A DNA stretch of 64,000 bases from Acidobacteriota bacterium (GCA_947503365.1 CANNDT010000010.1:5588-69587); one strand, 5' to 3'; shown: positions 8,994 through 18,665, counted from the stretch's first letter. Numbers and translations are program-made. The notes: generated from the sequence alone by a model not told the origin.

Positions 8994-11894
8994 ATGTTCC
9001 GCGTTGTCATGGCCACACTCTTGTCTCTCTCCATCGCCACCTTCGCTTCAGCGCAGGGCCAGGCGATCAACGGCACCATCGAAGGTACCGTGACTGACGC
9101 GTCGGGCGCCGTACTGCCGGGCGTGACCATCACCGTGACCAACACCGACACCGGCGAGATGCGAGTGGTCGTGACGACCACGTCCGGTCTTTACCGCGCG
9201 CCGCTCCTGCAGCTTGGCGCCTACCAGGTGAGCGCCGAGCTCCAGGGATTCAGAAAGTACGAGCAGACGGGCATCACGCTGTCGGCCGGCCAGGTCGCGG
9301 TGATTGACGTCAAGCTCGGCGTCGGCGCGGTCACCGAAACGGTCTCGGTGACGGCGGACGCACCGGTGGTCGACCTCGCGAAGATCGAGCAGGGCCGCAC
9401 GCTGAACGAGCGCGAGATCAAGTCGCTGCCGCTGACCTCGCGCAATCCCTACAACTTCGCGCTGCTGCAGCCGGGCGTGGTCGGGTTCGAGACGCAGGAA
9501 TTCGGCGTGCCGCGTCTCACCGCCAATGGCGCGCTCCTCCGCGTCAACTACCAGATCGACGGCAACGACAACACCGAGAAGGATCGCGCGGGCCTGCGGC
9601 AGATGCCGATGTCAGAGGTCATGATCCGCGAGGTCAAGGTCGTGACCAGCGGCTACGCGCCCGAGTTCGGCCAGACGATGGGCCTGGTCTACAACGCGGT
9701 GACGCCATCGGGCACGAACACGTTGAAGGGGCAGGGCAGCTATCGCTTTCAGCGGCAGCCGCTGGTGTCGCTGCCGTTCTTTGCGCCGACTCGCATCAAG
9801 CCGCCGACCCGCGTGAACATCTTCACCGTCGACGGCGGCGGCCCGATCGTCAGGGATCGCACCTTCTTTTTCGGCGGCTTCGAGAACACCAAGCGCGATC
9901 TGTCCGGCGGCCGCGTGATCACGATTGCCCCCGCCAATGCGTCGCGTCTCGGCCTGACTGAACCGGGCTACATGCCGGCGGTAGGCGACACCAAGTTCGC
10001 GATCGGCAAGATCGATCAGGTCGTCAGCCCTCAGCATCGCCTGAGCGCGCGCTACATCTTCTTCGACAACTTCATCACCAATAACATCGGCGGCGGCATC
10101 ACCTCGGTGCAGCGCGGCACCGACTTCACCGACCGGCAGCATTCGACCGCGGCGCAGTTGGTGTCGACGTTCGGCGACAACATGCTGAACGAACTGCGCG
10201 TGCAGTACGCGAAGCGCACGCAGGGACGCGTGCCCGGAAGCCAGGCGGGCACCGGACCTGCCGTCACGGTGTCGGGCGTGGCTGACTTCGGCGGTCCGAT
10301 CGCCGGCAACGCCGATGCGGGCTTCGGATTCACCGAAGGCATTACGCAAGTCCTGGACAACGTCACCTACCTGCGCGGCACGCACTCGTACAAGATGGGG
10401 TTCAGCAGCCAGTTCGTCAGCGACTCGCGGACGCAGACGCTGATCCAGCTCTACACGTTCCCGACGGTCGACGCGTATCTCGCGGCGCGCTCGGGCGCGA
10501 ATCCGCTCGGCTACAGTTCGTTCCAGCAGTTCTTCGGGTTGCCGAGTTACAACTACACGACGAAGATGCTCGCGCTCTTTGCGCAGGACGACTGGAAGCT
10601 GGCCGCCGACTTCAAGCTGCTCTACGGCCTGCGATACGACGTCTACGCGCCGCCTGAGGGTGTTGCCACCGCGGTGCTGAATGCGTCGCACGAATTTCCC
10701 ACCGACAAGAACAACATCCAGCCGCGGGCTGGATTTGTCTGGACGGTCGGCTCGGACAAACGCACCGTGTTGCGCGGCAACAGCGGGCTGATGTACGACC
10801 AGCCGATCAACGCCATCTACGAGCAGGCGATCGTCAATGACGGCACCACCGCGCGCGGCAACGTCGCGCTGCAGTCGACGCAGGCGGGCGCGCCGGCATT
10901 TCCGAACGTCCTCGCAGCGGGCACTGCAGCGGCCAAGACGACCGCATGGATTGTCGATCCTGACTTCCACGTGGCGAGCATGTGGCAGAGCAACGTGCAA
11001 CTCGAGCGCGGGCTCGGACAAACCTATTCCGCCGCGGTTGGACTCTCGTACACCCGCGGCTACGGCCTGCCGGTCGTCGCGAACGTCAACCTGGTCAACC
11101 CGACCGGGAGCCTTCCGGACGGCCGTCCGATCTACAGCACGGCGATCACCTCGGCCACGCGCGTCGATCCGCGGTTCAACGCAATCTTCAGCACCGAGGC
11201 GATCGGCGAGTCTACCTACAAGGCATTGACGCTGCAGCTTGGACGGCGCTTCCTGCGCGGCATCCAGTGGGATCTCGCCTACTCGCTCGCCAAGAGCGAG
11301 GACAACGCGCCGATCACCAGCGTGCTCTCGGTGCAGGGCGACACCGGCGGCAGAAGCGATCCAGGCAGCCTCGATCGCGATCTCGGTCCGAACATCCTCG
11401 ACCAGCGGCACACCTTCGTCGGCAGCATCGTCGCCCAGCCCGAGTTCGACGCGCAGGGCATCGCCGGCGCGATCCTGAATAACAACCAGGTCGGCGTCGC
11501 GCTGCTGATGGCCAGCGGTATTCCGGTCAACCTGCGCAGCAACCGTGAATTGAACAATGACGCGATTGGCAGCGACCGTCCGCTCGACGTGGGGCGGAAC
11601 ACCTACCGGCTGCCGAACCGGTACAACCTCGACCTGCGCTATACGCGCGCGTTCCCGGTAGCGGCCACGGTACGAGCAGAATTCATCGCGGAGGTGAAGA
11701 ACCTGTTCAACACGCTGCAGTGGGCAGGGGCGACGAGCGTGGTGGCCACCGATGCGCTCGGCAATCCCGTCACCGCCGCGGGCGCGCCGCTCGCGCTCCC
11801 CGCGCCGGGCGTCGTCGAGCGCGGCAGCGTCTTCCAGCCCAACGGCGGCTACGAGCAGCGCCAGGTGCAGTTCGGTGTTCGCGTAACTTTCTAA
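8994..11894 (+). CDS. TonB-dependent-receptor-like outer-membrane protein with an N-terminal carboxypeptidase-regulatory-like domain
   Basis: ATG 8994 is preceded by GGAGG; the track start at 8895 is an upstream extension. Signal peptide MFRVVMATLLSLSIATFASAQG, then GTIEGTVTDASGAVLPGVTITVTN. The long barrel ends in ..VQFGVRVTF. Confidence 0.8.
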   Translation: MFRVVMATLLSLSIATFASAQGQAINGTIEGTVTDASGAVLPGVTITVTNTDTGEMRVVVTTTSGLYRAPLLQLGAYQVSAELQGFRKYEQTGITLSAGQVAVIDVKLGVGAVTETVSVTADAPVVDLAKIEQGRTLNEREIKSLPLTSRNPYNFALLQPGVVGFETQEFGVPRLTANGALLRVNYQIDGNDNTEKDRAGLRQMPMSEVMIREVKVVTSGYAPEFGQTMGLVYNAVTPSGTNTLKGQGSYRFQRQPLVSLPFFAPTRIKPPTRVNIFTVDGGGPIVRDRTFFFGGFENTKRDLSGGRVITIAPANASRLGLTEPGYMPAVGDTKFAIGKIDQVVSPQHRLSARYIFFDNFITNNIGGGITSVQRGTDFTDRQHSTAAQLVSTFGDNMLNELRVQYAKRTQGRVPGSQAGTGPAVTVSGVADFGGPIAGNADAGFGFTEGITQVLDNVTYLRGTHSYKMGFSSQFVSDSRTQTLIQLYTFPTVDAYLAARSGANPLGYSSFQQFFGLPSYNYTTKMLALFAQDDWKLAADFKLLYGLRYDVYAPPEGVATAVLNASHEFPTDKNNIQPRAGFVWTVGSDKRTVLRGNSGLMYDQPINAIYEQAIVNDGTTARGNVALQSTQAGAPAFPNVLAAGTAAAKTTAWIVDPDFHVASMWQSNVQLERGLGQTYSAAVGLSYTRGYGLPVVANVNLVNPTGSLPDGRPIYSTAITSATRVDPRFNAIFSTEAIGESTYKALTLQLGRRFLRGIQWDLAYSLAKSEDNAPITSVLSVQGDTGGRSDPGSLDRDLGPNILDQRHTFVGSIVAQPEFDAQGIAGAILNNNQVGVALLMASGIPVNLRSNRELNNDAIGSDRPLDVGRNTYRLPNRYNLDLRYTRAFPVAATVRAEFIAEVKNLFNTLQWAGATSVVATDALGNPVTAAGAPLALPAPGVVERGSVFQPNGGYEQRQVQFGVRVTF

Positions 11895-11900
11895 AGTAGC

Positions 11901-12007
11901 CGCGGGGGCTGAAGCCCCCGCGCTACAGGACCACGAGACGCGCGACGGGTTATCGAGGTCCTGTAGGTTCTTGGCGGTCCTGTAGCGCGCAGGCTTCAGC
12001 CTGCGCG
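11901..12007. repeat. REP/REPIN-like inverted doublet (GTAG-headed GC hairpins)
   Basis: CGCGGGGGC-TGAA-GCCCCCGCG-CTACAGG (11901-11929) faces CCTGTAG-CGCGCAGGC-TTCA-GCCTGCGCG (11979-12007). Extra GGTCCTGTAG copies lie between them. Confidence 0.7.
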
Positions 12008-12012
12008 TCGGA

Positions 12013-12525
12013 CTACCCGAACGGAACGAGCTTCTTGAACGTCGCGAGTACCCACCGGTAGCCGTCGGGATCGGTCACGACGGCGATCCGGTCGCCCCAG
12101 GGTTTGTCCTCGGCTTCTTCCACCCCGGCGCCGGCGCCTCTCGCCTGCGCGAGCGCGCGATCCACGTCTTCAACGTAGGTGTAGAGTGCCGCCGCGCCGC
12201 CAGTCGGCGTCGTGGCGTCGCCCTTTCTGATCAGCATGACGACCGAGGCCTCGTGCCGCATCTCCGCGTACCGCGGTTGGCCATCGGTGTCGGCCAGGAC
12301 GACGCCGCGAGAGAAGCCGAACGCCCGCTCGAGAAACTCCATGGTCGCGCCGACGTTCGCCACCGCGAGATAGGTATTGAGCGCCTGCATCCCCGGCGCG
12401 AGCCCGCTGCCGTTGGCGCGGACGGGTGCGATCTGGGTCTTATTCTGCTTTATGCGGCGCGGGCCTTTACGGCCCGCGACTCTGGAGGGTCTGGCGGCCT
12501 TCGCGGCCTTGCTCTTTTTGCTCAT
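12013..12525 (-). CDS. VOC (glyoxalase/bleomycin-resistance) family protein with a Lys/Arg-rich N-terminal extension
   Basis: Core sequence ..TYLAVANVGATMEFLERAFGF...PWGDRIAVVTDPDGYRWVLATF. The N-terminus is MSKKSKAAKAARP... Confidence 0.72.
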   Translation of the reverse strand: MSKKSKAAKAARPSRVAGRKGPRRIKQNKTQIAPVRANGSGLAPGMQALNTYLAVANVGATMEFLERAFGFSRGVVLADTDGQPRYAEMRHEASVVMLIRKGDATTPTGGAAALYTYVEDVDRALAQARGAGAGVEEAEDKPWGDRIAVVTDPDGYRWVLATFKKLVPFG

Positions 12526-12723
12526 GTTTGGTTTCGTAGCATAGTGACGAACGGCGACGGGCGTCCACTTCTGGCAGGGAACCCGCTATGGCAGTTCATA
12601 TTCTCCGGTAAAGGGCCGATTACCTACCAACACTGTAAGTGGGCGGCAAGAAGAGCGACAAAAATCGGTGCTTCCAAACGCCACAGCTAAACCATAAAAT
12701 CGAAGAGAATCCAAAGAAGACTG

Positions 12724-14190
12724 ATGGCGAGAGGAAACTGGCACGTCGAACATCTGCTCCGGCGCGCGGGCTTCGGTCCCAACGCCGAGGATCTCGCCCG
12801 CTTCGAAGAGAGCCCCGTGGCTCTGGCCGTCGACTACCTTGTCGACTACGAGCGGCGGCCCGATGATGTCGATTCGAAGATCGGACTGCCGGCGTACGTA
12901 AGCGTCACCACGCGCGGCCAGTTCTCGCCCAACACCAATATCGATGATGCCCGCCAGCGATGGCTGTTCCGCATGGTGCACACGCAGCGCCCCCTGCAGG
13001 AAAAGATGGCGCTGTTCTGGCACAACCATTTCGCCACCGCGTACAGCAAGATCGCCGGTGTCTACGGTGCGGTTCAAGCCACCAAGATGATGGCGCTCAA
13101 GTCGGGCGAGCTGCCGGGACCGCAGGGGCAGATCGAGCTCTTCCGCCAGTTCGCGCTTGGCAGCTTCCGTAATCTGCTCCTCGAAGTGGCGAAGGATCCG
13201 GCGACGGTGGTGTGGCTCGACGGCCGCACGAATGTGAAGGCGCGTCCGCAGGAGAACTTCGGCCGCGAGATCATGGAGCTCTTCACGTTCGGGCTCGGCA
13301 ACTACGGCGAGCAGGACGTCTATGCGGCGGCCCGTGTCTTTACCGGGTGGAATCTCCGCGCCGCGCTGGTGGCCGGACGCAATGACGATCCGAACTCGTA
13401 TTACGAGTTCGTCTACAACGCCGCGCAGCACGACGTGGCGGCCAAGACCTTCACCTTTCCGGTGTACTCCGACGGCAACAAGACGATCCCCGCGCGCGCG
13501 GCCGCGGACGGCATGCAGGACGGCGTCGATTTCATCACCGCCCTGGCCAACCATCCTGAGACCGCTCGGCGCCTGGCCCGCAAGCTGTGGAACTTCTTCA
13601 TCACCGAGCTGACGGCGCCCGATCCGGGGTTTGTCGAGGCGGTCGCTGGCGTGTATCTCGAGAACAAGACCGAGATGCGCCCGGTCATTCGCTACATCCT
13701 CCGGTCGCAGTGGTTCATCGATCCGGCGCGGTGGTTCACGCGGTATTCGTGGCCGGTCGAGTTCGTGGTGCGGTCGATTCGCGAAGTCGGCTGGAACGGC
13801 TTCAGCGTGGATAACGCGCGCACCCCGTTGACCAACATGGGGCAGACGCTCTTCGAGCCGCCCGACGTGGCTGGTTGGGAGCTCGGACCGGGCTGGTTCT
13901 CGAGCGGCGCGATGCTGTCGCGGATGAATTTCGCCGCGACGCTGGCGGCCAACCAGCGGTTCAACCTCGCGCGCGACGTCGGCGCCGTCGCGCGCCGGGC
14001 GCCGGAAGACGCGCTGGCGTTCTTCCTCGACCGCCTGTCGCCCGCCTACCTCGACCAGGGTCCGTACAACGACCTGCTGACGTACCTGCGGGCGAACGCG
14101 ACGTGGCCCGCGACCGACGCGCTGTTGAACACGAAATCAGCCGGACTCGCACGCCTGGTCGTGGGCTCGTCCGAATACCAGTTCGTCTAG
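12724..14190 (+). CDS. DUF1800 domain-containing protein
   Basis: N-terminal HLLRRAGFGP motif. 488 aa and immediately followed by a DUF1501 gene, which is the usual pairing. Confidence 0.82.
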   Translation: MARGNWHVEHLLRRAGFGPNAEDLARFEESPVALAVDYLVDYERRPDDVDSKIGLPAYVSVTTRGQFSPNTNIDDARQRWLFRMVHTQRPLQEKMALFWHNHFATAYSKIAGVYGAVQATKMMALKSGELPGPQGQIELFRQFALGSFRNLLLEVAKDPATVVWLDGRTNVKARPQENFGREIMELFTFGLGNYGEQDVYAAARVFTGWNLRAALVAGRNDDPNSYYEFVYNAAQHDVAAKTFTFPVYSDGNKTIPARAAADGMQDGVDFITALANHPETARRLARKLWNFFITELTAPDPGFVEAVAGVYLENKTEMRPVIRYILRSQWFIDPARWFTRYSWPVEFVVRSIREVGWNGFSVDNARTPLTNMGQTLFEPPDVAGWELGPGWFSSGAMLSRMNFAATLAANQRFNLARDVGAVARRAPEDALAFFLDRLSPAYLDQGPYNDLLTYLRANATWPATDALLNTKSAGLARLVVGSSEYQFV

Positions 14191-14201
14191 TTGGAACGCC
14201 C

Positions 14202-15464
14202 ATGAAGTATTCACGACGAGAATTCATCCGCGACGGCGTGACGGCGTTTACCGTCAGCTTTGCCGCGCCGGCGTTCCTCAGCGACATCGCGATGGCGCAA
14301 GGCGTGCGCTCGCGCAACCTGGTGGTGTTGTACCTGAGCGGCGGCAACGACTCGCTGAGCACGGTCGTCCCCTACAAGGATCCGTTCTATTACAGCCGGC
14401 GTCCGGCGATCGCGATTCCCGCGGGACAGGTGCTGCAGATCGGCAGCGACACCAAGGGCAATACCCTCGGACTTCACCCGCGCCTGACCGGCCTGCACAG
14501 CATCTTCAACGATGGCCGGCTCGCCGTGATTCAGCGCGCTGGTTACAACAATTCAAGCCGCTCGCACTTTCAGGGGACCGACATCTGGGGCACCGGCGAT
14601 CCAAGCTCGCCGTCCAGCATCGGCTGGCTCGGACGGTATCTGGATACGCTGCCGTCTCCCGTCGATCCGCTGATCGGCTGGAATGCGACGCGTGAAACGC
14701 CGCGCGCGCTGATGTCGCGCACGGTGGCGGTGCCGTCGATTCCCGACGCGCGAACCTACAGTCTCTCGAGTCCCAACGGCGCGGCCGAGGCGCTCAACGA
14801 GCGTACCGCGGCGACGCGGATGTCGTCGAACGCGGCGGGGGATCGCCCCCACCTCTCATTTGTGAACGGCACCGTTCGCGGCGCGCTCGACACGCTCGAT
14901 CGCGTCAACCTGGTGAACCAGTACGTGCCGTCGGTCACCTATCCCAACAACGGTCTCGCTCTCGCGCTTCGCACGGTCGCCGGCTCGATCGTCCGCGGCA
15001 TCGGCACGAAGGTGTACTGGGTGCAGTTCGGCGGGTTTGACACGCACTCAGGGCAGGGCAACGCGGGTGGCGGCGGCTACGCCAACCTGATGGGCACCGT
15101 GGGCGACAGCGTCAACGCGTTCTATAACGACCTGCGCAACCAGTCGCTGCTCAACGACACGCTGATGCTGCAGTTCTCCGAATTCGGTCGCCGCATCTCC
15201 GAGAACGGCAGCCAGGGCACCGACCACGGCGCGGCGGGCATCATGCTCGCGATGGGTGGCGGCGTGCGCGGCGGCATCTACGGCTCCGCGGCCTCCCTCG
15301 ATCCGAACCCGGGCAATCCGACGCTCGAGAACGCCGGCGGCGACGTCCGCTACGAAACCGATTTCCGCTCGGTCTACGCGAAGGTGCTCGACAACTGGCT
15401 CGGCGTGAATTCCACGACCGTCCTTGGCGCTGACTTCCGGGCGGGTGCTCCAGCTATCATCTAG
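14202..15464 (+). CDS. DUF1501 domain-containing protein (sulfatase-like fold, Tat-exported)
   Basis: ATG 14202; the track start at 13875 overlaps the DUF1800 gene. Twin-arginine signal SRREFIRDGVTAFTVSFAAPAFL, plus GGFDTHS and GTDHG motifs. Confidence 0.85.
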   Translation: MKYSRREFIRDGVTAFTVSFAAPAFLSDIAMAQGVRSRNLVVLYLSGGNDSLSTVVPYKDPFYYSRRPAIAIPAGQVLQIGSDTKGNTLGLHPRLTGLHSIFNDGRLAVIQRAGYNNSSRSHFQGTDIWGTGDPSSPSSIGWLGRYLDTLPSPVDPLIGWNATRETPRALMSRTVAVPSIPDARTYSLSSPNGAAEALNERTAATRMSSNAAGDRPHLSFVNGTVRGALDTLDRVNLVNQYVPSVTYPNNGLALALRTVAGSIVRGIGTKVYWVQFGGFDTHSGQGNAGGGGYANLMGTVGDSVNAFYNDLRNQSLLNDTLMLQFSEFGRRISENGSQGTDHGAAGIMLAMGGGVRGGIYGSAASLDPNPGNPTLENAGGDVRYETDFRSVYAKVLDNWLGVNSTTVLGADFRAGAPAII

Positions 15465-15466
15465 GC

Positions 15467-16159
15467 ATGACACGTTCGCTGGCATCAGCCGCGGCACTCG
15501 CGGCTGTCGTCCTCTTCCTTTCCTCGCTTCCCTCCGCGCAAGAGACACAGAACACTGACGAAGCGAAGCGCGTGCGCGACGCCACGTCGGTCTTCGGCGA
15601 GATCATGGGCGCCGAAGACAAGGCGATCCCGCAGGCGATCCTCGGCAAGGCCGAAGGCATCGCCATTTTTCCCGACACTGTCAAAGCCGGATTCATCATC
15701 GGCGGCACGCGTGGCCGGGGCATCCTGAGCGTCCGCACCGCGACCGGCTGGTCCGCGCCGGCGTTCATGACCCTGACCGGCGGCAGCTTCGGCCTCCAGA
15801 TCGGCGGCCAGGCGGCCGACATCATCCTCGTCATCAACGAGCGGCGGGGCCTCGAGAACCTGGTGCGGAACCAGTTCAAGATCGGCGCTGACGCGTCGGT
15901 CGCGGCCGGGCCCGTGGGGCGTGACGCCGGGGCGGCAACCGACATCCAGCTTCGCGCGCAGATCCTGAGCTATTCCCGTGCGCGGGGCCTGTTTGCCGGC
16001 GTCACCATCAACGGCAGCACGATCCGTCAGGACGTCGACGCGAACGAGCGGTTTTACGGCAAGCGGCTCGACACCAGGCAGATCGTGTTTGACGAGGCGG
16101 CCGGGACGCCTGACATGGTGGCGCCGTGGCTCGACGCGCTCGTCAGATACACCAAATAG
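15467..16159 (+). CDS. SYLF (Ysc84/DUF500) lipid-binding domain protein, exported
   Basis: Signal peptide followed by GIAIFPDTVKAGFIIGGTRGRGILS...GGSFGLQIGG. Confidence 0.8.
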   Translation: MTRSLASAAALAAVVLFLSSLPSAQETQNTDEAKRVRDATSVFGEIMGAEDKAIPQAILGKAEGIAIFPDTVKAGFIIGGTRGRGILSVRTATGWSAPAFMTLTGGSFGLQIGGQAADIILVINERRGLENLVRNQFKIGADASVAAGPVGRDAGAATDIQLRAQILSYSRARGLFAGVTINGSTIRQDVDANERFYGKRLDTRQIVFDEAAGTPDMVAPWLDALVRYTK

Positions 16160-16199
16160 CCGCGTAACATCCGCGCCAGCGGCGCATGCGTAGAGCTTC

Positions 16200-16371
16200 A
16201 TGACGTGGCTGATCGCGGCGCTGGCCGGGTTCCGGCACGTCGTCCCGCACGGGCTCGATCACATGCTGTTGGCAATGCAGCCATCGCGCCTGGTACCGTC
16301 ACCGCATCGTCATGCCCGCCTCGGTGCTGATCGGCTGCATGGCCCTCTACTGGACGATCGAGAGGCTCTAG
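16200..16371 (+). pseudogene. Possible HupE/UreJ-like gene remnant (two frames, internal deletion)
   Basis: Frame 0 gives ..AGFRHVVPHGLDHMLLAM, which resembles the GFxHPxxGxDHxLAM motif. Frame +1 gives HRAWYRHRIVMPASVLIGCMALYWTIERL*, a TM-like C-terminus. About 170 nt remain where an intact gene would be about 600 nt. Confidence 0.25.
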
Positions 16372-16392
16372 GCCAAAGCCTAAAGCCCAAAG
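16371..16392. repeat. Tandem heptamers CC(N)AAAG x3 spanning the yfcH stop
   Basis: GGCCAAAG CCTAAAG CCCAAAG. Confidence 0.45.
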
Positions 16393-17273
16393 ACCGCGCG
16401 CAGCGCGGGCTCCAGCAACGGATAGCGGAAGGTGAATCCGAGCGATTGCGCTTTGGAGGGGAGTACGCGCTGTCCCGTCAGCAGTAGCTCGTCGGCCATC
16501 TCGCCCAGCGCCAGGCGCAACGCAAACGCAGGCGTCGGCATGAACGCCGGACGGCGCAGCACGCGCCCAAGCGTCCTGGCGAACTCGCGATTGATGACCG
16601 GATTCGGAGCCGAGGCGTTCATCGGGCCACTGACCGCGGGGTTCGACAGCGACCACCGAACCATTTCAACCCAGTCGTCGCGGTGGATCCACGACATGAA
16701 CTGCCCGCCGGATCCGATCGGACCACCAGCGAAGAAATAGAACGGCCGCACAATCTGCGGCAGCGCGCCTTCGGACTTGTCGAGCGCAAGGCCAGTGCGC
16801 ACCAGGACGACTCGGCTCACCGACGCGGCAGCAAGTGCTTCACGTTCCCACTCGACACAGACGCCGGCGAGAAAGCCCGATCCCGGCGGCGAATCTTCCG
16901 GAAGCGGTTCATCGCCGCGCGGCCCATAGATCCCTATCGCCGATCCGCTGACGAGCACCGTTGGCGGCTGACGGGCAGCGCGGATTGCTGCGACGAGCGC
17001 ACGCGTGGACCTGACCCGGCTGTCTCGGATGAGCGCCTTGCGCGCCTCCGTCCATCTGCCGCCGGCGATTGACGAGCCCGCGAGGTGAATGACGGCATCC
17101 GCCCCGTCGAGTGTCGACGTCCATTCCGCGGCCGCCGTCTCCGGGTCCCAGTGCACGGCACCAGCCGCGCTTCGACCCCGCGTCAGAACGGTGACCGTGT
17201 GGCCATCACCCCGCAGCCGTTCAACCAGCGCGCCTCCAAGGAAGCCGGTACCGCCCGTGACAACGATGCGCAT
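16380..17273 (-). CDS. yfcH: TIGR01777/YfcH-type NAD-dependent epimerase family protein (DUF1731 tail)
   Basis: N-terminus MRIVVTGGTGFLGGALVERL; 297 aa. The start overlaps the upstream MFS stop (TAATG). Confidence 0.82.
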   Translation of the reverse strand: MRIVVTGGTGFLGGALVERLRGDGHTVTVLTRGRSAAGAVHWDPETAAAEWTSTLDGADAVIHLAGSSIAGGRWTEARKALIRDSRVRSTRALVAAIRAARQPPTVLVSGSAIGIYGPRGDEPLPEDSPPGSGFLAGVCVEWEREALAAASVSRVVLVRTGLALDKSEGALPQIVRPFYFFAGGPIGSGGQFMSWIHRDDWVEMVRWSLSNPAVSGPMNASAPNPVINREFARTLGRVLRRPAFMPTPAFALRLALGEMADELLLTGQRVLPSKAQSLGFTFRYPLLEPALRAVFGL

Positions 17274-18574
17274 TAGCGGGCCACCACCTGAGCCTCTCCC
17301 TCCGCGACATTGACGTGCCTCAGCACCAGACCGCCCGCGATGAAGAAGAGCACGACGGAGACGATCGCCATGCGGCTCGATCCGGAGATCGTTATCGAGG
17401 CGGCAAAGAGCGCAGGCCCGGCGATGCCTGCGAACTTCTCGAACACCGAGAAGAATCCGAAGTACTCGGACGACTTATGTTTCGGGATCATACGTGCGAA
17501 GAGAGACCTGCTGAGCGCCTGGGTGCCGCCCTGCACCGTGCCGATCATGAACGCCAGCACGAAAAACTGCCAGGTTGTCGTCATGAAGTACGCAAACAGC
17601 ACGGTGATCGTATAGACCGTGAGGCCGCCGAAGAGCGCCCGCTTCGGACCGATCCGGTCAGCGATGGCACCAAACAGAAACGAAAACGGTACGCCGACAA
17701 ACTGGACGATGACGAACGCGGCGATCTGGGCGTTGCGGTCGATCCCGATTTCCGCTCCGTAGATTGAGGACATCCGGATGATCGTCTGGATGCCGTCGTT
17801 GTAGAGCAGGAACGCGATCAGCATCAGGAAGGCGTTGCGGTATCCGCGGAGCTCGTGAAATCCGCGCCACACGCGGCCGAACGCCACGGAGAGCGTGCCG
17901 CCACGGCCGATATCCTCGACCTCGAGCGCCGCCGCCGGTTCCGGCACCCGTCGAAGCAAGGGAATCGAAAACACCAGCCACCACACGGCCACACTGGCGA
18001 ATGACAGCTTGATCGCGGCCACGGTGTCCGTGAGGCCGAAGGTTGCGGGACTGATGATCCACGCCAGGTTGATGAGGAGAAGAATGCCACCCCCGACGAA
18101 GCCGGTGGCGAAGCCTGCGGTCGAGACGCGGTCGATCTCGTCCGGTCGCGCGATGTGAGGGAGCAGTGAGTCGTAGAAGACGATGCTGCCACCGACACCG
18201 ATGTTGGCCACCATGAAGAGCAGCGCCGCGTACATCCATTGGCCGCGATCGATGGTCGCCAGCAGCAGCGTCGCGGTCACGCCGATCAGCATGAACGTCG
18301 CAAGCATCCGCTTCTTCATGGCGCGGTAGTCGGCGACCGCTCCGAGAACCGGGCCCAAAATCGCGGTGATCGTCACCGCGATCGTCGTGGCCCAGGCGAA
18401 GCGCGTGGTCGCCGCCGTCGGGTCGAGGCCGGCAGCCGCGTAGTCGCTGAAAAACGGCGGAAAGACGGCGACGACTACGGTGGTCCAGAAGACCGAATTC
18501 GCCCAGTCGTACATCGCCCAGGCGCGAAGCTCTGGACGGGAGAGGCCAAGGCGGTCGAGGAGCGGAATGCGCAC
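17273..18574 (-). CDS. MFS transporter (UMF1/Atg22-like)
   Basis: 433 aa and multi-TM, with an N-terminal WAMYDWANSVF motif. Confidence 0.8.
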   Translation of the reverse strand: MRIPLLDRLGLSRPELRAWAMYDWANSVFWTTVVVAVFPPFFSDYAAAGLDPTAATTRFAWATTIAVTITAILGPVLGAVADYRAMKKRMLATFMLIGVTATLLLATIDRGQWMYAALLFMVANIGVGGSIVFYDSLLPHIARPDEIDRVSTAGFATGFVGGGILLLINLAWIISPATFGLTDTVAAIKLSFASVAVWWLVFSIPLLRRVPEPAAALEVEDIGRGGTLSVAFGRVWRGFHELRGYRNAFLMLIAFLLYNDGIQTIIRMSSIYGAEIGIDRNAQIAAFVIVQFVGVPFSFLFGAIADRIGPKRALFGGLTVYTITVLFAYFMTTTWQFFVLAFMIGTVQGGTQALSRSLFARMIPKHKSSEYFGFFSVFEKFAGIAGPALFAASITISGSSRMAIVSVVLFFIAGGLVLRHVNVAEGEAQVVAR

Positions 18575-18665
18575 GCGTCAGTATGTCTTTCTCGCGATCC
18601 ATTCCCGCAACAGCGAATCGCCGGGAACGACCTCGCCGTAGACGAAAGCTTCTGCGCTGACGGAA

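Noticed and set aside
9612-11411. Very long antisense ORFs opposite real genes. Examples are 9612-11411 (599 aa), 34410-36392 (660 aa), 60564-62402 (612 aa), 7720-8916, 22426-23772, 3806-5071, 19283-20299 and 12586-13554.
   Set aside because: These are typical shadow ORFs of GC-rich DNA. Their translations are Arg/Ala/Gly/Pro-rich and low in complexity, with no recognisable motifs. The opposite strand in each case encodes a protein with clear family signatures.
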